This document shows, one piece after another, positions 58,523-64,000 of a stretch of 64,000 nt of DNA. A program made the position numbers and the translations under genes. This DNA is from Chlorokybus atmophyticus. Lineage: Eukaryota > Plantae > Mesostigma and Chlorokybus algae. A model generated the notes under the pieces. It worked only from the letters and a program-made list of their open reading frames with translations, did not search any database and had not been told where the DNA came from. Position 1 is the stretch's first letter, and each line of letters starts with the position of its first letter. The DNA is taken from the NCBI GenBank assembly GCA_009103225.1, contig RHPI01001737.1, positions 570,286 to 634,285 on the forward strand, read 5' to 3'.

Positions 58523-58839
58523 TAGTGCCGGCCGAAAGACGTCACTTGATAGCCTTGTCGCTAGGGTGAGGGGAAGTTCGCTCAGCCAAGCGCCCGCGCC
58601 CAAGGTTGCTGCCGACTATTTGCGCGCCTTGTCTTGCGGTGGTGCCTCTCGCTCGTAGACATCAACCTCAGCATCTACCAGCTCGCTCAAGTTCTACTGC
58701 AACGATTGTGCCGCGACGTGCGCCAATGCCAAGAACAACAGTATCAAGCGGCGCGACGCAGGCGGCAAGGAAGTCATCGCCGCTCGCAAGTTTTGATATA
58801 GAGGCAGTGTGCCCGTGTCTGCACCGTCGATGGCCGCTA

Positions 58840-59281
58840 CAGTCTGCCCTTGTTAAGAGCATACTGTTTATCTTCCGCTATTTTATGCTCGCATTGAAGA
58901 GCATAATATGCTCTTACATGTGAAGAGCATAAATATGCTATAAACGCAGTTTCATCACGCCCATCACGCCCATTACGTCACATGCATCACGTCATGCCTG
59001 TTGCGCCGTCACGCCCATCACGCTGGTTGCGCGTCATATCTTGCCCTAATCGTCACGCTCATCACGCCTTATGCCAAACCCGTCACGTCTCCTCCCTCGA
59101 TGTTGGGAATATGCACACTCAAACTTGCTTGCAGAATATTCACGAAAAAATCTATGCTCTTCGCATTAGTCATATACTCTTAAACACAAACATTTGCCTG
59201 TAAAACCATTGATAATTTTACACTCTATGCTATAGGCGGGGTTATTTTGTTGGAACGATGTCTCTTAGCGGGGGTAGACTG
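58840..59281. mobile_element. pogo-family MITE of about 440 bp inserted in the retrotransposon
   Basis: TA|CAGTCTGCCCTTGTTAAGAGCAT at 58840 and TCTCTTAGCGGGGGTAGACTG|TG at 59281. The termini match those of the 44213-45388 element. Confidence 0.85.
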
Positions 59282-60634
59282 TGTCATGTCAGCATCAACA
59301 GGCAGGAATCGACGATGTAACTTTGCCGCCACAGCCCCCCAGCCGCCTACAAAAGCAGCAGAAGCGTGAGCTTTGACGCTCCGCAAACCCACCCCTCCCG
59401 TTGCGACCGGCACCGGGAGCTCTGCGTCACAAAGCGAGTCTGCATGGCCTCCGATCCCGGCAGCTGTAGCTGATGAAGAGGCGGTGCAGTGTGTCGTGAA
59501 GTGCGTAGTTGAAGGCCTTCAGCTCGTCGCAGACCTCTGGCGTGGGCGCGACCGTATGCCATACGGTCTCACAATGCGTCAAGTAGGAGGGGCGGGCTGC
59601 TACACAACGCGTCAACAGCAACACCGCCACCTACGCATCGCTGACTTCCGCCAATGCCGGCACCGTCATGTAGTCGCGCACACTGGCGGCGTAGTACTGA
59701 TGCATAAATGTGGCCGACGCCAGTTATCACCACGCCGTCCGCTGTGCAGCGTACTTCTGCCGGTAGCGTCATCTAGTAATTGACGATCACAGCCCCAAAT
59801 GAAAAACTTGTGTAACGCCACCCGCAAGCCTACTACCGCCATGACATGTGCAAGCGCTGTCATCGCTGTAGCCACACCGCCGGGCGGCATTAGCGAAAAG
59901 GTGTCGTCCGCAAACACCACCGTCACACCTGGGAATGCTGGCAGCACTGACGCCTCTATGCAGGTGTGTACTAGCGCATACAGAAAGCCAGCCATCGAGT
60001 CGCCCTGCCCTGTGGCAGATGTGACGGGCACCATGGTGGCCACGCACGGTCTGCATCTGTACCATAGTGTGGATAGCACCCCGTAGAACTTCTACGGGGT
60101 GTTGACCAGGTGCACAAAAGGGATGTAGTGCGCGAACAGTGAAGCGCGAAGGTTCTCAAAGATGGCAGCACGGTCCACTGAATTGAAGGCATTGGCAATG
60201 TCGAGGCGCGCTAGCACATGCCCCAGATGCGACTGCGTCCACACACGCCGCGTTGGCAACCTGTGCGCCACCATCTCAGCCCCGGAACGCATTGCCACAA
60301 CGTACTGCCACGGCTCGAAGTGCGCGCCCAGCTGACTCCGGTCCTGCGCCATGAGAGTTCTGACCACCAATCGCTGCAGCACATTGCTCACGGCTATTGA
60401 CCGCATGCCTCCCGCGCGAGCTTCCGGATCCTTCGACAGTGCAGACGACGAGGACATCGATACCAGCGCTGCAATAGGGGCCGGTACTGCACCCACTGCT
60501 AATACAGCACCCACTTGAAGCAGCAGTCCCTGCGCTGAGCCATGCTGCACGCCGTCCACAACACCTCTCGCATGGGAGGAGTATGCGTATGTTAAGACTG
60601 GTGAGTAAACAAGAGAGGCTGAGCATGTGCACAA

Positions 60635-60881
60635 NNNNNNNNNNNNNNNNNNNNNNNNNNNNNNNNNNNNNNNNNNNNNNNNNNNNNNNNNNNNNNNNNN
60701 NNNNNNNNNNNNNNNNNNNNNNNNNNNNNNNNNNNNNNNNNNNNNNNNNNNNNNNNNNNNNNNNNNNNNNNNNNNNNNNNNNNNNNNNNNNNNNNNNNNN
60801 NNNNNNNNNNNNNNNNNNNNNNNNNNNNNNNNNNNNNNNNNNNNNNNNNNNNNNNNNNNNNNNNNNNNNNNNNNNNNNNNN
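60635..60881. other. Assembly gap (N run) followed by a G homopolymer
   Basis: Seen directly in the sequence. Confidence 0.97.
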
Positions 60882-61731
60882 GGGGGGGGGGGAGGTGGAG
60901 AAGAATGTTAGGATGCGTGCGTGCGTGCGTGCGGTTGTTTGCATGTGCATAATGTCAGAATAGTGTTATCAGCTGGGGATGCGAGCACACAAATCTGTAT
61001 TCTAAGGCACTACTTGCTTGTACTCACCACCCCGTCAGTCTTGTACACACTCCTAATCACAGGTGTCAGCATAGGTAGGCATGTACTGCGCATGGCAGGT
61101 CACTCTGACCGTAGTCCCACCGTTTGTATCAACGTACTTGGCCGCAGCACTCACCAGCAACATTGATAAACAAATTGTTCACATATGGAGCAAGCATGTG
61201 AAGCTTGAAGAGTTGACTGTTCCCGCAATGGGTCGACAGCAGCGGCAGCCACAGCAGTAGAGCCTGCAGCTGTGTGTCATGCAGGCCCTGTCCGGGACAG
61301 GATTGTGCGCGCATTTCATAGGCACCATCAGACAGCACAACAGCATATCTGCACACCGACAACCGTCAACGCATCACGCACGATATGCTATTCCAGATGT
61401 AAATACATACAGACAACGCCATGTGCTGTTCCATGAGAATACTCAGACTGCCCTGTCAACGTCAAGATCATGGACATGCAAAATAGCGCTAAGTGAAGTG
61501 ATATGCATGCTGGAACAGGGTTTAAGTCCTCACTGCTATCACCATGCGCCCATGTAATACGTTCAGCAGGTGCTTTATTACAAAGAAGCTGCTATGTACA
61601 GAACTCAACACAGAAAGAGTTCAGCGAAAAATGCGCTTCTGCTTCGTCTCCGAGTAAGTGGCACTCACTACGCTCCGCATCCCGTTACCACCGCTGTGGT
61701 CGAGGACAGCAAACTTCTCCTCCTCTGCCAC

Positions 61732-64000
61732 TTAACCGTCATTGTCAGCGTGACCATGGCCATGCACAGTGTGGAGCACATCTGCTCCCAGCATCTCCAT
61801 GAGCTTGCGGCCTGGGCACTGCCTGCCCTGGGGGTGCTGCTCGCCAACGGAGTTGAAGTTGAGAAAGTTCTTCTCCAGGTTCTCTCTGTAAGGGTTGAAG
61901 TGTGCCGTGGCGAGGCCGAAATGCGCCGGGTCCTGAGACGCGACCCACACGTTGAGGCCCGCAGGAGTGCCTTTGGGGAAGCGGACCTTCTTCGCATGCT
62001 TGCCACTGCCCATCTTCACAGTCAGGGCCTCGGTCAGGTACTGCGGTGCGACGGGGTCGACGGGGGCGTGGAGCCGGAGGCACTCCAAGGCGGTGAGTTT
62101 GAGCGCGTTCTGGTCGTCGATGGGGACTTGGAATGAAGCTGGTATCCTTGTGAGCAGAGACGCCAGGAACGAAAGCGCACCCGGGACCGCCACCCCCATG
62201 ACGGGTATGAGAGCGTCGAGGAAGCGGTCCTCAGTCAGGCCGTAGCTTTTGTAGTCCACATCCCGGAACAGCACTGACTTTCCGTACTTCAACTTCATCC
62301 CGTTCGCAACAGGGTCTGTGCCGTTGTTGACAGATAGACCGGCGGGAAATGCCTGCCACAGGTTTGCGCCTTGTTGAAAGGAGTGCCCACAATGTGACAG
62401 TGTAACAACAGTAATGTGACAATGTTGGCTGTGCGCGTGTACCCGCTTTGCAGCGTAGGAGCGAGCGAAACCTTGCCACAACTCCTTAATCTCAGGGTCG
62501 TCCTGAAAACCTGGGGTTGACGCGAAATGTGGGAAACGACATCACCACAGGCAGCCAATGACAGCAACTCAACTACAAGTACAAAGAATAGACTCCTTTG
62601 TAGCGCACCGTAAAGGACATAGTGCAGGTATCGGATGGCAAAGTTCTCAACAGTCGTAGCCAAGCTCTTCTTGTCCTGTGATTTGTTTGACACGCTGGCA
62701 GCCAGCTCCTTGATAAGCTGCCGCGGGAACTGAAAGGCAACGCAAAGGTGCACGTGGTACGCTGTTTCGGGCACAACTCTTCGTGTGCATTCATCCACTT
62801 CAATCACAGCATCTGTCTCTCACCTCATCCTGAGTTCTCTCCAGCACTTCACGTGAGGCGAACTTCTCCAACATCAGTTTCTGCAAGAAGCGCAATCTGT
62901 TATTAATCTATCTATCTGTCTAAGCATTGTCATGCAATGTTTCTTCAGAACTGCCCGTTCAACAGAGCAGCATTTCCATCATGTAATGCCACCGCTTGAC
63001 TGCTTTGAGATACATACCTTGATTTTCTCCCTCTCTCCGCTGCCCCCTGCTGCTTTGTCAGACATGAACAGCAGCATGGTGCTTGGGAAGCTGCGCACAT
63101 GTGTAGGTTACCAAGTTTTCAGGCATTGACCAAATAGTTCCCATGCTTCGCAACTTGCTTCTGCATTGAATGCAGACTCGCGAGTTCATATGAACTCGCG
63201 ATTTCGTGCAATGAATGCATGCATTGCACAAAACTGAAACTTCAAGCGTAAATGAAGAGCTGCGTCTTCACACCATTGCTTGACCTCAACCTCTTTATGC
63301 ATCGTTGATGGCAACGCTTACCTCTTCTCGACCACGCGAACGAAGGCGAGAAAGGGGCCTCTTTCCTGCGGCTTGAACAGGGCATCCTTGACCAGGCTGA
63401 ACTCGCCAAGTTGCAGCTGCCCAAAGGCTGCGTAGTTTTCCCCCAGCAGGTAGTAGCGCCGCTGCCACACCTCCGACGCGATGCCCGGGCCATCGCTGCA
63501 TAAGGAAAACAAGAGGAATCAGTGCTCAAACACTGTGTGCGTGTGCAGAGGCCCTGGGTCAAACATGACCAGTACTTAGTGACTAGTGCTTGCCTTCCAC
63601 TGCTGGCCTCGAAGAGATCAGCAAAGTAGAAAGCCCACAGGCCGAGCTTGGTCAGAGGCGACTGGGGCTGAGAGAGCAGCCAGATCTGGGCGGAGTTCGA
63701 GGCCCGGATCCAGAGGGCGAACACTCTGCCCAGGGGGGTGTTGGGCACCCTAGCAGGAGTCCACACTCCATCGCCAAGCTGCGCCTCATCCTTGGGAGAA
63801 GATGGAACGTACAGCCTGCCTGCACGCTCTAGCTGGATGGCCACAGGGAGGAGGTCGGCCGAGTCCTTGTCGACATGGAAGAAGGCGCGTGGGGCGTAGA
63901 GCACAACATGGTTAGGGTCGTACTTGCCTCCCCTGAGCGTCGGCTCCTTGTTGGGCTGACCGATGCTCTTGAGGTAGTCCGCCACGCCGGTGTAGTCCAC
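61732..64000 (-). CDS. Second, inverted paralogue of the LOX-half/P450 fusion (copy 2); 5' part lies beyond the window
   Basis: VDYTGVADYLKSIGQPNKEPTLRGGKYDPNHVVLYAPRAFF...LPVAIQLERAGRLYVP runs without a stop into WTPARVPNTPLGRVFALW. The same seven intron positions as copy 1 are present. Ends LECLRLHAPV...FNPYRENLEKNFLNFNSVGEQHPQGRQCPGRK...ADNDG*. Confidence 0.85.

Larger units (their letters stand above)
57200..60634 (-). mobile_element. Decayed non-LTR retrotransposon with RT, zinc knuckle and restriction-like endonuclease (CRE/R2-like group), interrupted by two DNA-element insertions
   Basis: RT motifs GGMRSIAVSNVLQRLV, LDIANAFNSVDR, QGDSMAGFLYAL and FADD. Later motifs LPVATGGVGLR and GAGAWLSELP...FR.ALRTRLG. 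Knuckle ACGASLQLKSAHLLRC...THNAVCD. RLE GRRLDL...HVTVT and FYPLATE...GTLG. Multiple stops and frameshifts; the 5' end runs into the gap. Confidence 0.85.

Overview
Eukaryotic, intron-rich DNA in the standard genetic code, most likely from a flagellated green alga. The basis for that inference is plastid-targeted plant-type proteins together with axonemal and IFT genes. From left to right the window holds: the 3' part of a coiled-coil gene and poorly defined ORFs; a U-box/WD40 E3 ligase; a compact block of four cilium-associated genes (IFT80, DNAL4/LC10, a KIAA1328/hinderin-like gene, CFAP57); SF3B6; a thylakoid rhodanese-like membrane protein; a DnaJ-X-like gene; and a deleted pogo/Tigger transposon. 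The most striking feature is a pair of convergent paralogues. Copy 1 appears to encode one plastid-targeted polypeptide in which a PLAT domain plus the N-terminal half of a plant-type lipoxygenase, cut off before the iron-binding histidines, is fused in frame to a complete atypical CYP74-like cytochrome P450. Copy 2 shows the same junction but runs off the window edge. The two copies are separated by a decayed RLE-type non-LTR retrotransposon and several MITEs. All gene models and family assignments were made by eye from motifs and splice phases; no database searches were run.
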